Shown here piece by piece: positions 52,046-62,052 of a stretch of DNA of 64,000 nt. Source of the DNA: Nitrosopumilaceae archaeon (GTDB lineage Archaea; Thermoproteota; Nitrososphaeria; Nitrososphaerales; Nitrosopumilaceae). Below the pieces are notes generated by a model. It did no database searches and was not told where the DNA came from. It saw only the letters and a list, made by a program, of their open reading frames with translations. Where the stretch lies: NCBI GenBank assembly GCA_965214835.1, contig CBDCCK010000002.1, forward strand, positions 2,528,001-2,592,000, in the 5' to 3' direction. Numbering within the stretch: the first letter of the stretch is position 1; each line of letters begins with the position of its first letter. Both the position numbers and the translations under genes were made by a program.

Positions 52046-52084
52046 TCCTTTTCTTTCACCTCCTTTTGGATATGGTTTGACAGA

Positions 52085-52225
52085 TCAGAAGCTGCATTCA
52101 TCCATCAGTGCGCGTAGCACAGGAACACAGCAGCTCGGATATCCCCATTCAACAGGTAGTGCGCGAAGCACATGCATAACGAGGGGTTGATCCATCACCC
52201 TGGCTACGGCGGGGGCGTTTTTATC
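52085..52225 (-). ncRNA. Predicted IS110 bridge/seek RNA (target loop then donor loop)
   Basis: Two internal-loop hairpins with GTGC-n5-GCAC tips whose loop strands match both element junctions; ends approximate. Confidence 0.82.
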
Positions 52226-52251
52226 ATGTGTTCAACAGGCTAGGAAACCGT

Positions 52252-52629
52252 AGCTTGTTGCATAACTCCGACTAGAGCCCAGCCAATTCTTCCGGATCAC
52301 TACCGGCGCTCGGTTCCTACACGGCAGCCACCGCCTCTGCGATCCACTTGTTGTACAGCCATATCCTCAACTTTACCTCCTGCACTATATTGGACCACTT
52401 GAGGGCCTTTACGTCCTCGCCAAACATGCGCTTTATGGCCGATATCACGATCTCGACGATCCATCTGATGCCAAAGCCGACCGTGCTCTTCGGGTACCGC
52501 AGGTTCTCCTGCCTCTCCTCCTTTGATAGGCTGCCCACCGGCTCCTCGGGGCCGCCCCCGAGCTGCCATCGCACCAGCCGGCCCCACTTGTCGCCGCTGC
52601 CCAGGTGCATCTTGACAAATCCTCGCCTT
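52252..52629 (-). pseudogene. 3' fragment of an IS5/IS903-like element
   Basis: RWIVEIVISAIKRMFGE; end AGCTTGTTGCATAAC matches the MITE IR. Confidence 0.75.
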
Positions 52630-53890
52630 TGGTGCGGACCCCAAAAAAAAGAAGGAACGATCTGCAATGCACACTTTTTTAGTTCGGAGGTCGAATCACA
52701 GATATGACCAAGAAAACATGGAGTACGCAGGACAAGATAGGGATAGTCATGGAGCACTTAAACACCAACATCGAAACGGCAGATCTATGCCGCCGCCACA
52801 ACCTCTCCCCCAAGACGTTTTACCAGTGGAGGAAACGCTTTTTGCAGGGCGGACGCGCATCGCTGTCAGGCAGCGGCCCTGCAACGGCCGAAGGCAGACT
52901 CCAAAAGGAGAACGAGTCGCTCAAGCACATCATCGGCGAGTATGCCATAGCCAATGCGCTTTTAAAAAAAACCTTGGAGGCAGGCAAAAGGTGAACATTG
53001 CAATACTGCTAAGGGAGAGGGGCTGGAGCATGGACAAGACCCTGCAGTACAGCGGCGCCTCCAGAACTGCGTGGTACCACGTAAAAAAGCCGCAAAGACA
53101 GACAGAACCGGATCCGCAGACGGTCTCATTTGTCAGGGAGATCGGCAACAAGAGGCCCACATACGGCACGCGCCGCATGGCAGCCCAGATAAGTCGCGAG
53201 ACCGGCGTGCCGACAAACCGCAAAAGGATACAGCAGATATGCCGCAAAATAGGCTGGATCACGCCTAAAAAGACCAAAAACGACATAATAAGAGCAGGAA
53301 AAAGAGACAGGTTCAAGCCCACAGGGCCAAACCAGCTGTGGGAGACGGACATTACATACGTCTGGTGCGGTATAGACGGGTGGTGCTACTGCTTTAACGT
53401 AATCGATACGTTCACCAGGAAGTGGATAACATACGTCTTTGCCACGCAGGCCACCGCACAGGTCGCAGTCGAATCGCTGACAAGAGCAGTCTCCACGATT
53501 TCGGCAGACGAGGCAAGAGGACTGCTGGTCAGAAGTGACAATGGGACCCAGTACACGAGCCGCGAATTCAAGGAGAGTATGAAGATCCTGGGAGTCCGGT
53601 GTGAGTACATCTGGCACAACACACCCGAGCAGAACGGACATGTCGAGTCCTTCCACAAGACCCTCAAAAAGGAGTACGTCTGGCCACATGACTTTGCCAG
53701 GTTCCAGGATGCCGAGGCCGTCCTGGCAGAGGCGTTTGCAGATTACAACAAAGACAGGATCCACTCGGCACTGGGATACCTGACGCCGGACGAGTTTGTC
53801 CGGAAAATGCAGGAGGTGCCACAAAAATGAGCGATCAGAGCGTGCGTAAAATATCGCAAAAAGCGTTCCTATTTTATGGGGTCCACTCCA
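52630..53890 (+). mobile_element. IS3-family element (orfA 52704-52994, orfB 52991-53830)
   Basis: TGGTGCGGACCCC / TGGAGTGGACCCC IRs; WETDITY, SDNGTQY, NGHVESFH; no TSD. Confidence 0.92.
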
Positions 53891-53982
53891 GTATATCGGA
53901 CTATGGGATGCTGCCCCAACCCCCTCCACCGGTGCCTCCATGATCTGCTTCATGGAAGACGGCATAATGGGCATTTGCCGTA

Positions 53983-54249
53983 TCAGTCCTTGCCGTATGC
54001 TGACTTGTGGTCGCAAACTCGCATCAAATCTATTATCTTTTCAGAGTATCTTATGCTAAAGATCATTCTGTATTTCCCGATCTTGTATGCAAAAACGCGC
54101 ATGCCTGGCTTGTAAACCCCCAAATCAGAAGGGTTTTCCGAATTGGCAAGTTCTTCTAACGCACTGTTGATGCGTTTTTTCGTTTGCAGATCTAGTCGTC
54201 TAAACTGCTTCAGAAATTCGGATCTACGGTAAAAATTCCACATCATCAT
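53983..54249 (-). CDS. RelE/ParE-family toxin
   Basis: FLKQFRRLD...YKIGKYRMIFSI...DHKSAY. Confidence 0.85.
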   Translation of the reverse strand: MMMWNFYRRSEFLKQFRRLDLQTKKRINSALEELANSENPSDLGVYKPGMRVFAYKIGKYRMIFSIRYSEKIIDLMRVCDHKSAYGKD

Positions 54250-54450
54250 TCGTTGAGTTCTTCCAAGAGTTCCTCAAGAGTTCTAGTTTTCCCGTCATCA
54301 CTTTCTCTGAATTCCTCAATATCTCTGATCTCTTCTGGTGACAAGTCGTCTGTCTGTCTTGCCTTTGACATGTTTTTCTGTATTTTGCGTACTTTAAAAA
54401 TAGTTGTATCGTAGTCTTCTTGCATCATATGAAAATCATGTCGCATCACC
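54246..54450 (-). CDS. Putative acidic antitoxin
   Basis: LSPEEIRDIEEF...TLEELLEEL directly upstream of the toxin; start uncertain. Confidence 0.65.
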
Positions 54451-54454
54451 ACCA

Positions 54455-54674
54455 ATGCACCGGACCCTTCTTGCAATCTCGGGCACGCCTACATCATCTT
54501 CTAGCACAAACGTCAACGCCATGATCCTTTTGTAGACTTTGGCATCCTTTTCTTTGCGCATGGCCTCTGACAGGCTGTCTGTTTCTTTTGCCATGCCCAC
54601 TACGCCTGTTACGTGATCATCATACTTTTCGAATGAACCCTGTTTTGACTCAAAGACTTCTGCTCGTTGTTATA
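54455..54674 (-). pseudogene. Diverged 5' remnant of the IS630 at 55158-56263
   Basis: Aligns by eye with ~56050-56265. Confidence 0.8.
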
Positions 54675-54691
54675 AATCAAAACACAGCATC

Positions 54692-55156
54692 TTAGATTTT
54701 TCTAATCCTTCTGAGTTTTTTTATTAACTTGTCATCAAATGTTGATTTTTCATCTATTCGATAAGGGAATTTTGTATCATCATTTGTTAGAGGCTTCTTA
54801 GACTCTTTTGTATATGCAGATTCAAGTTTTTTCAGTGCATTTTTCATTTTCAAAGTTTGTTTTTGAGCTGCATCTAATTCATTTTCTAAATCAGTAACTT
54901 CTTTTTTAGATTTCTCTTCTAAAAATTTTATTCGTTCTTTTAGTTTTTCTGATTCTTGTTTAATTTCATCTGGATTTTTTTCTAATATTAAATCCATTCC
55001 TGTGGTTGCAGGTTTAGGTAGATAATCAGACAGTATTATGTTTGGATCAAATCCTACACTTGTGAGATTCTTCCCACAATTAGGGCACACCACAGCAAGA
55101 ATATCTACCGGGGTATTACAATTATCACAAATTATTTTGAAACTATCAAATGACAT
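54692..55156 (-). CDS. Zinc-ribbon plus coiled-coil hypothetical protein (AT-rich)
   Basis: MSFDSFKIICDNC...CPNCG; IS630 inserted at the TA overlapping its start. Confidence 0.6.
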   Translation of the reverse strand: MSFDSFKIICDNCNTPVDILAVVCPNCGKNLTSVGFDPNIILSDYLPKPATTGMDLILEKNPDEIKQESEKLKERIKFLEEKSKKEVTDLENELDAAQKQTLKMKNALKKLESAYTKESKKPLTNDDTKFPYRIDEKSTFDDKLIKKLRRIRKI

Positions 55157-55157
55157 A

Positions 55158-56263
55158 TAGCAACGGTCACAAGTAATTGAGGGCTTTGACCGGCGATCTG
55201 TAAATGTACTTGTACATGCAAAGGTGGGCAAATGACACCGTCCTATAATATTCGGATATGGTGTGCCGCAGCTCGCTGATCCTTCTGTACACTATCCCCC
55301 TGAAAACAAAATGTTTGCCCAGGTTCCAGCATTCTTCCACGATATTGAGGTACGGCGATCCTTTCGGAATCATTATCAGCCTGACGTCGGGATGGCCCGC
55401 CAGATATTCTGCGACATCAGTAGATCTGTGCACACTCCACCTATCACAAAAGACTGCAACCTTGCCAAACTTGATGCGCAGCGCCTCCAGACATTCTATG
55501 AACTGCACCGACGTAAACGATCCCGTAAACGTCCTGAATAGCCTTCTGCCGTCTTCTGCGATGCTTCCAAACACGGCCACCTTTGTGTGGTCCCCCGAAT
55601 ACGATGCCACGCTTCTGGTGCCGACCGGACCCCACACGTATCTGTCGTATGCGCCCTGCACGAAGAACGCCTCATCAGATGACACCAGCGTAAAACCGTC
55701 GTTTTTCAGGCACGGAATCCGCACGTTTTCAAGGTATCGCTGCCACGAGTATACCGAGCTTGGGGTGGCATGGTTGACATGTATGTTTTGCACCTTGCGG
55801 CGCGACAGGCCGTGCTGGCACATCAGTCTTCGGACATGCTCTATGCTGTATTCTATCCCGATGGCATTCCTTATGTCATCGCGTACCGTCATGACATCGG
55901 TACTTTTGCATGCAGTGGACAGATCCATTATGGCTGCAATACTTTCTCTGTCCACCTTTGATCTGCATCCGGAACGGGGAAGATCCCGGAGACCGTCTAT
56001 GCCGCCCTCCGAAAACCTCACCAGCCAGTTGCGCACGGAATTCTCACTGCACCGGATCTTTCTTGCAGTCTCGGGTACGCCCATGTCGTCTTCTAGCACA
56101 AACATCAGCGCCATGATCTTCTTGTAGACTTTGACATCCTTTTCTTTGCGCATGGCCTCTGACAGAATGTCTGTTTCTTTTGTCATACATACTGCGCCAG
56201 TTACGTGATCATTATACCTTTCGAATGACCTTGTTTTGGCTCAAAGACTTATGCTCGTTGCTA
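55158..56263 (-). mobile_element. IS630-family element (transposase 55167-56186)
   Basis: TAGCAACG IRs, TA flanks; SDEAFF, CDRWSVH, PYLNIVE. Confidence 0.9.
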
Positions 56264-56385
56264 TACAATAGCATATCCGGTTTCGACGGATTCTGTTGAC
56301 TGTCCCGAATGCGGCGAAAAAATAAATTTATTGCCGTTCAGGCAACAGATGGAATCGCAGACTGGAAAAAAGGTGGTCGAATAAA

Positions 56386-56568
56386 ATGTCCGGAGACGGA
56401 TTTAAGATAATCTTTGAGCACATGGACAAGGAAATGAAAGGACAGGCAGAGCTGCAGGCAGATGCGATCAGGTGCGCGCTGGAGCAAAGCGACGAGATAA
56501 GAAAATTAATCGAGATTATCAACGACGCGGCCCCGGCTGACGAACCCCTCCTCTATTCCAGCTCATAG
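56386..56568 (+). CDS. Small hypothetical protein
   Basis: 60-aa acidic ORF. Confidence 0.4.
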   Translation: MSGDGFKIIFEHMDKEMKGQAELQADAIRCALEQSDEIRKLIEIINDAAPADEPLLYSSS

Positions 56569-56589
56569 GTTTCAATTCCTGATTTGAGA

Positions 56590-56735
56590 CCTTGTCGGGT
56601 CGTACTTTGTCCATCTCCGATACTATCTTCATCTGGAACGCGTGTGCAAGCTGTATCCATGATGCATGCAACGCATCTCCTCTTTCCAGTGTACATGCAT
56701 ATGCTTCCCAATCCTTTCATCACCTCCTTGTGAAT
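56590..56735 (-). pseudogene. Internally deleted remnant of a second IS110 recombinase gene
   Basis: AAGGAGGTG...LGSICMYTGKRRCVACIMD and ATGAAGATAGTATC match the gene at 52045. Confidence 0.7.
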
Positions 56736-57314
56736 TGCTAAACCTTACGCGTAGTCGGTGCAGATCAAAAAAATCAGGCATCTTTTACGCCATTTTTGGC
56801 AAATACCATAAAGCCAATTGTGGAATCCATACCAGATAATTGAACAAAAGGTAGACAAGTGCAAGAAAACCACAAAGCTATGTGAACGTTTGATGTCTGC
56901 CGTCATGGTCTTTTTTGGATTTTTCTGCAAACGTATCCTGTTGGGAGGAATTTTTCGGAATGGTCTTTGCGGTCATCCATAAAATCATTGATTTTGAGAA
57001 AAACTTTGGAACATCTGGAACAAAAAGGTGGCAAATATATCAAAAAGCGATCAGAAAAAGCGACCCGAAACAGATGGAGGGGGACATCAATGACCGGCGG
57101 GCATGATTTTCATACAAAACGAGGCGACTCAATCCTCGAAATCATCTTTTGTGATTTTTCGTGATTCTATGATGTCAAAAGTGCCTCTGGGCCTGATTTG
57201 ATACGCCAGTGGACTCTCATCACAGTCATACATTTTTTTTACCCGTTCCTTTTCTGCGTCGGTAATTTTACCCATAGTGTACATACCCAACACCGTTATT
57301 AAAACTTGTAAGGG

Positions 57315-58226
57315 TCAGACAAACACCATCAGCAGGCCAAGACCGATCGGCATCAAATACCAGGCCATCAGCTGCCTTCTTATCTCGTGATCGGCCTGAA
57401 TACTGGGCAGTACCAACGAGGCGCCGACTACAAACAGCCCGATGTCGATTTTTTTCGCCAGAAACAGTTCAAATCCAGCCATGTTGGAAAGGCTTGCCAG
57501 AAAGTACATGATCGGCAAGAGGCACAGGGATATCACGCCTGCCTTTGTCAGTATTTTTGAGGAAGGACTCGCAGCAAGCGAGTAGGTCAGCACAAAATCA
57601 TATTCTATCTCTTTTCTGACCCTCAGGGACATCGAGTGGTAGCTGTTGTGCACTTCAATATGTTCAGGCGGCCTGTCTACGGTTTTAATTCCATCAGACT
57701 CTAAAGATGTGAATCTTGGCCGATCAAAATCAAAGCGGTCGGGTGAAAACAGCGAGTAGTATACGGGGAAATTCTGCGTGTTGATCTTGATGAATATCTC
57801 GGGATTTTTGACCTTCTCCAACTGTGGAAGATATGTCAGGGTAAACGTTCTGATCTGATCCTTTTGCAGGGGCCGGTCCTTAAGCGAAAGCCAAATCATG
57901 TGCTTTTTCTGATCACGTATGTCCTTCAACTCCCTCTCTAGCAGGGATTTCTCGTGTCCTGAGCTGTTCTCTATATGGTATGTGTAGAGAATCTCTGTGT
58001 CCTTGCTTGACATGAGAGGAACGGTGCTGCCCTGCTCATCATGAATAAGCAGGCTGGGAAGGAACTTGTCGTAATTTAGAAAGATGTTCTTCAATTGAGG
58101 CAGCTTGGATCTTATGGTGTATTCTACGGTTATTTTTCTTTGGCTTGTACTGGCATGATCTATGAACAGCCTCTGGCGTATGATTTCCATTGAGCTTCCG
58201 GCCGTCACAACCCCACTTTCAGACAA
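57315..58226 (-). CDS. Hypothetical protein with C-terminal TM helices
   Basis: 303-aa ORF, ~3 hydrophobic segments at the C-terminus. Confidence 0.7.
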   Translation of the reverse strand: MSESGVVTAGSSMEIIRQRLFIDHASTSQRKITVEYTIRSKLPQLKNIFLNYDKFLPSLLIHDEQGSTVPLMSSKDTEILYTYHIENSSGHEKSLLERELKDIRDQKKHMIWLSLKDRPLQKDQIRTFTLTYLPQLEKVKNPEIFIKINTQNFPVYYSLFSPDRFDFDRPRFTSLESDGIKTVDRPPEHIEVHNSYHSMSLRVRKEIEYDFVLTYSLAASPSSKILTKAGVISLCLLPIMYFLASLSNMAGFELFLAKKIDIGLFVVGASLVLPSIQADHEIRRQLMAWYLMPIGLGLLMVFV

Positions 58227-58469
58227 TTATCACGGTTTGTTGTTTGGGGACTATTAACATGTTGTCTCAAGCTGCGTGTCACCACCCATGCCTGAAAAAC
58301 AAGAGCTTCAGGAAACCGCCAAGACGGTAAATGGATCACGGCCAAAGGGATCCGGAATCGTGAGGGCGCCACACGCGGCGTCTGACGACATACGCCGGCA
58401 GTCTCACGACGTGTCGAGAGGGGCCAGGCCAGTTTCTGGACTCACAGCTTGGACTGAAACGCCTCCCGC

Positions 58470-58695
58470 TTAGTCCCCGCCGGCGTACCTGTCAAGGCTC
58501 ATCTTTTTCGGCTGCCAGTCAGGATTCGGTTCGAACTCCTTGGGGAGTCCCGCGATTATCCTGTCTGATTCGACACCGGCGTAGACTGCACGCTCTATCA
58601 CAGATATAATGTCGGTGCTGGTGCAGGGGTCGTTTGTTATGCCGCCGTCCTTGTCCGTGGTGATTTTGTAGCGGCCTACTATCCATTCAAGTGAC
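58470..58695 (-). pseudogene. C-terminal remnant of a type ISP restriction-modification enzyme
   Basis: SLEWIVGRYKITTDKDGGITNDP...VESDRIIAGLP. Confidence 0.65.
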
Positions 58696-59300
58696 ATCCT
58701 GCCGTACTTGCGGCGCAGCGCTCTGAGAAATTCGAGGAGCGTGCCCGTGTTGGCCTTGTCGTAAAAGAGGCAGCCAAGGCCGTTCCTTGAGAGGGCCCCC
58801 ATAGCATAGAACCTCTTCCTTGACAGGCTGACCGGCGTGAAGACCGGGCCTTCCCACGGGATACCGGCCGTTCTTGACGTTCCATCTCAGAATGAACGAG
58901 GCCTCATCCCCTATCATTACCGTGTACCCCCTCTTTGAGTAGTACCTTGCGTACCACCTAGCTTTTTTTGAACTCCTCTTTCTCGGATTCTGAGGCTGAT
59001 TTTGGGTGCTTTGGGCCTGGGCTTCCTGCATGAAAAGTCCATCCTGTGCAGCAGGTCGTACATGCCCGTCTCCGCGTACGTGATGCCGAACTTTTTTGAC
59101 GTGGGCGATGGCCAGCGATCCGCTCCATGTCGTCGCCTAAGCCGCAGCTGCGCGGGCCCGCAGTCAGGCTGCGCGCAGCTGCCAAGCCCAATTGCCGCCT
59201 TGGCGTTCTCGGACTTGTGCATCTTGAAAAGCTCGTCCCTGCCTGCTATCCCGTGCAGGAACGCAGTTCCCGCCGGCAGTTCCTTCCTTCCTTTCATGTG
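58696..59300 (-). pseudogene. Degenerate IS630-family transposase
   Basis: KFGITY...LLHRMDFSCRKPRP, GDEASF fragments in several frames. Confidence 0.75.
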
Positions 59301-59703
59301 TTTGTACAGGATCGGCTGGATCTTGGATCCTTTGGTTGAAGAAAATCGCCCTTTTTGTGATCAACTGGTAGCCGAGGATACTACGGTACTACATTTTTCC
59401 ATGATGCTGTACATCAAGCACCAACAGACCAAGATTATGATGATCCATAAAATCCTTGGTACTACTCCAGCTAAGTGAAATGTAAATGGGATTGTTGTTT
59501 TTGCCTTGTCATTGAGGCGTCGTATCTCTTGCCCAGTTTCTGTTTTTGTTCGATTTTCTGGTACATTTCACTTATCTGTACTCCAGTCTTCCCAAATGTA
59601 CCTGACTCATCGCGGTGCAGGCGTCCACATGCGGATCTGCAGGCAGCTTGGTTTGAACTGTTTCGAGTTTTAGAATCGCTTTGTGGATTACTTCTGGGAA
59701 GAC

Positions 59704-61336
59704 TGTACTCCACATAACGCAAATGTATTTCACATTAACGCGTGTTTTTTGCTTGTATTGACGAAGATTGCCGATTTGGGGGGGGTTATGGCAGCGTGGT
59801 GGGTTGGCATGTCCAGTGTAACGGACGGATTCTAGGCTAGTAAGGCACCGGTGGCGTGGTAGTGGTGCCGCAATATGCCTGGATGGTGCGGCATCTGGCG
59901 TAAGAAGAATCCGAAATTCGGATTGGCAGTGGGTGTATACGGCGGGCCGCAGTGCAGAACGTTAGGCAGTTACGGCGGCGGCAGAGCTGGCAGGACCGGC
60001 GGTGGTGGCGGTGGCAGTCCGGCTTCCGATCCCATCACGCATACGGCAAGCATCACATCAAGCAGGGAGTGCAGCGGCAGGACCGGCGTCTCAAGAATGC
60101 GGCTGTGAGACGACCAGGCCAGCATCATGTTGGCACACACCCACGCATTGTAGAGGACGGCAGTCATCATAAAGTACATGACCCTGACCCCATGCGACTT
60201 GCTGCGTGTCTTGATCCTCATGGACTCGATCATCTTGTAGCCGTTCTCGATACCCCATCGCCTGACGTACCCGTCCACGTCAATGTCCGGATCGTTGGTT
60301 GCAAAGCCGATGTATTTGTTCTCCGGAAGAAGGTTCCCGTCATCCTCTCCATCTTTCTTCCTGCTCTTTTTCCGGCTCTTCCTCTTGCGCTCCGTTATGA
60401 TCAGAGAGTAATCTGCCGTGGTTCTACCTGCACTAGTGAGGACGGCATCTGATACCCGGTCCCTTTGCTTGTCTGAATACTCGCGTATGCCTGCAATTAC
60501 GCTGGGGTGGTTTACGCACGGAACCATGTATGTGATGCCCAGGCTCTTCATCAGGTTGATGATCGCAGTAGAGAAGAACTCGCGGTCCATCATGAGCGTC
60601 TTGATCTGGATGCAGTGCATTTTGCACGTGTCAAGCAGCCTCTTGACTACGTCCTCGTTGGAATCCAGCGGTGCAAACGGCAGGATGCCCAGTATGAACC
60701 GCCTGCCGCCTGCTATACACTGCACCGTACAGTACGTCTCAAAATAAGGTGCCTTTTTGCCCTTTGTCACACCGTGCACCAGGTTCTCCCTGTGCTTGCC
60801 GTCCCTGCGTTCAATCTTGTGCTTGCCAATGGCCACCTCGACGGTCTCACCGTCTTTCCAAGCTCCAATCTTTTTGAGATCTGCAAAAAACATCCCCCGT
60901 GTTTTTGTCAAATGTCTTGATGGCCTCCTCGACGGTCACCTCTGATACCATCTTTCGGAGCCACTCACCTGAGGGTGTGCCCTTCTGCCTGTCACATTGT
61001 TTGGAACCACCGCCTTTGCCCAGTGCAAGGGATACATCGAGCTTGGCCCTTGCAGCCGTAGCCATGTTCTTGTCACGTATTGCAGCGTTGATTGCGCACC
61101 TGCAAAAGTCATTCCTGCCATAAATGGCATTGTGACGCTCAGAGAAGGGCAGAATATCAGCTATTCGGCCAAAGCCCTCAAAAGTATCCTTATAAACAAC
61201 CGGATTGTTTAACATATTGCGTTTCAAGTGATTTGTTTTCATTGCTGATAATAGGTCACCAAACGCATCTTTTAGATCTTTTGGTTGGGAGCAATCGTGC
61301 TCTGCTAACTCGTTTTACATTTGCGTTATGTGTACT
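59704..61336 (-). mobile_element. ISH3-like element with frameshifted transposase (60847-61242 + 59970-60911)
   Basis: 17-bp IR CACATAACGCAAATGTA; MMDREFF, YVRRWGIENGYK. Confidence 0.82.
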
Positions 61337-61344
61337 CAATTCAA

Positions 61345-61652
61345 TACTCGGCAACGAATATTACATGATCTTTTTTTATTTTGGTATGAAACATAAAGTT
61401 GTTTTTTCAGGGGCAGTATCCATAATAATCGGAGTTGTATTTTCTCTTCAACCGTACAATCCGGGCAGATTTCAAACAGTTCATGAATTTACCATTCAGT
61501 GCCACTTACGTTCAGATCATTTTCTCGAAGTGTTTGGAGGTTCATTGGCAGAATTAGACTGGTGTCTTCACAATACGGGGTTATCCTTGACGCTATATGC
61601 AATAGTTGGAATAGGCGCATTCTTGATTTACAAGTCAGGGATCAGGCAATAA
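61345..61652 (+). CDS. Small membrane protein
   Basis: Two hydrophobic segments; start uncertain. Confidence 0.5.
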
Positions 61653-62052
61653 GACTTCGGATGAATTTGCTAGATCAACAGGCAATCAACACGGAGAGAT
61701 CAGCCGGAGACGGACGCAGAACCTCAGAATATGCGGGCCGGGGACAGGAGGTGGTTTGGTCAGGCAGTACCGTCTGTGTCTCCAATACTTGGAATGTAAC
61801 ATGGTAGCCCCTGCCCAGAGTTGGAATCACGTCCCTTGCAGGTCAGGCATGAAAACCACAGCTGCAGGCATATTCGTGCCTAGTTGGTTGTATGTGGTCA
61901 CGTCCCCTTGCTAGCTAGGCACGAAGATCACAATCACTCATGCTAATTCGTGCCTGACTGATGGGGGTAGGTGACCTTGTACAGTTGGTTAGTGGGTGGC
62001 AACCCCGTACGCAAAAAGTCGCAAAATTCATTAACACAGTATTATGCCAAGA

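Larger units (their letters stand above)
50788..52234 (-). mobile_element. IS110-family element with CA core and subterminal IRs
   Basis: CA at 50786-50787 and 52233-52234; subterminal IRs CATGGTAAAACGCCC / CATGATAAAAACGCCC. Confidence 0.9.
50717..52241. mobile_element. ~78-bp IS5/IS903-like MITE interrupted in its right IR by IS110
   Basis: Left IR GGCTTGTTGCATAACC (50717); right IR reconstructs as GGTTATGCA|ACAGGCT; GGAAACC repeated on both flanks. Confidence 0.8.

Noticed and set aside
52100-52175. AGTGCGCGWAGCACA direct repeat as a mini-CRISPR
   Set aside because: Only two 15-bp units and no cas genes; explained as hairpin tips of the bridge-like RNA
52667-53830. 387-aa ORF as a single transposase
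   Set aside because: The upstream part is the open alternative frame of orfA; the real organisation is orfA/orfB with overlap and slippery site
61825-61958. Possible CRISPR array
   Set aside because: Only two degenerate units, without constant repeats or unique spacers
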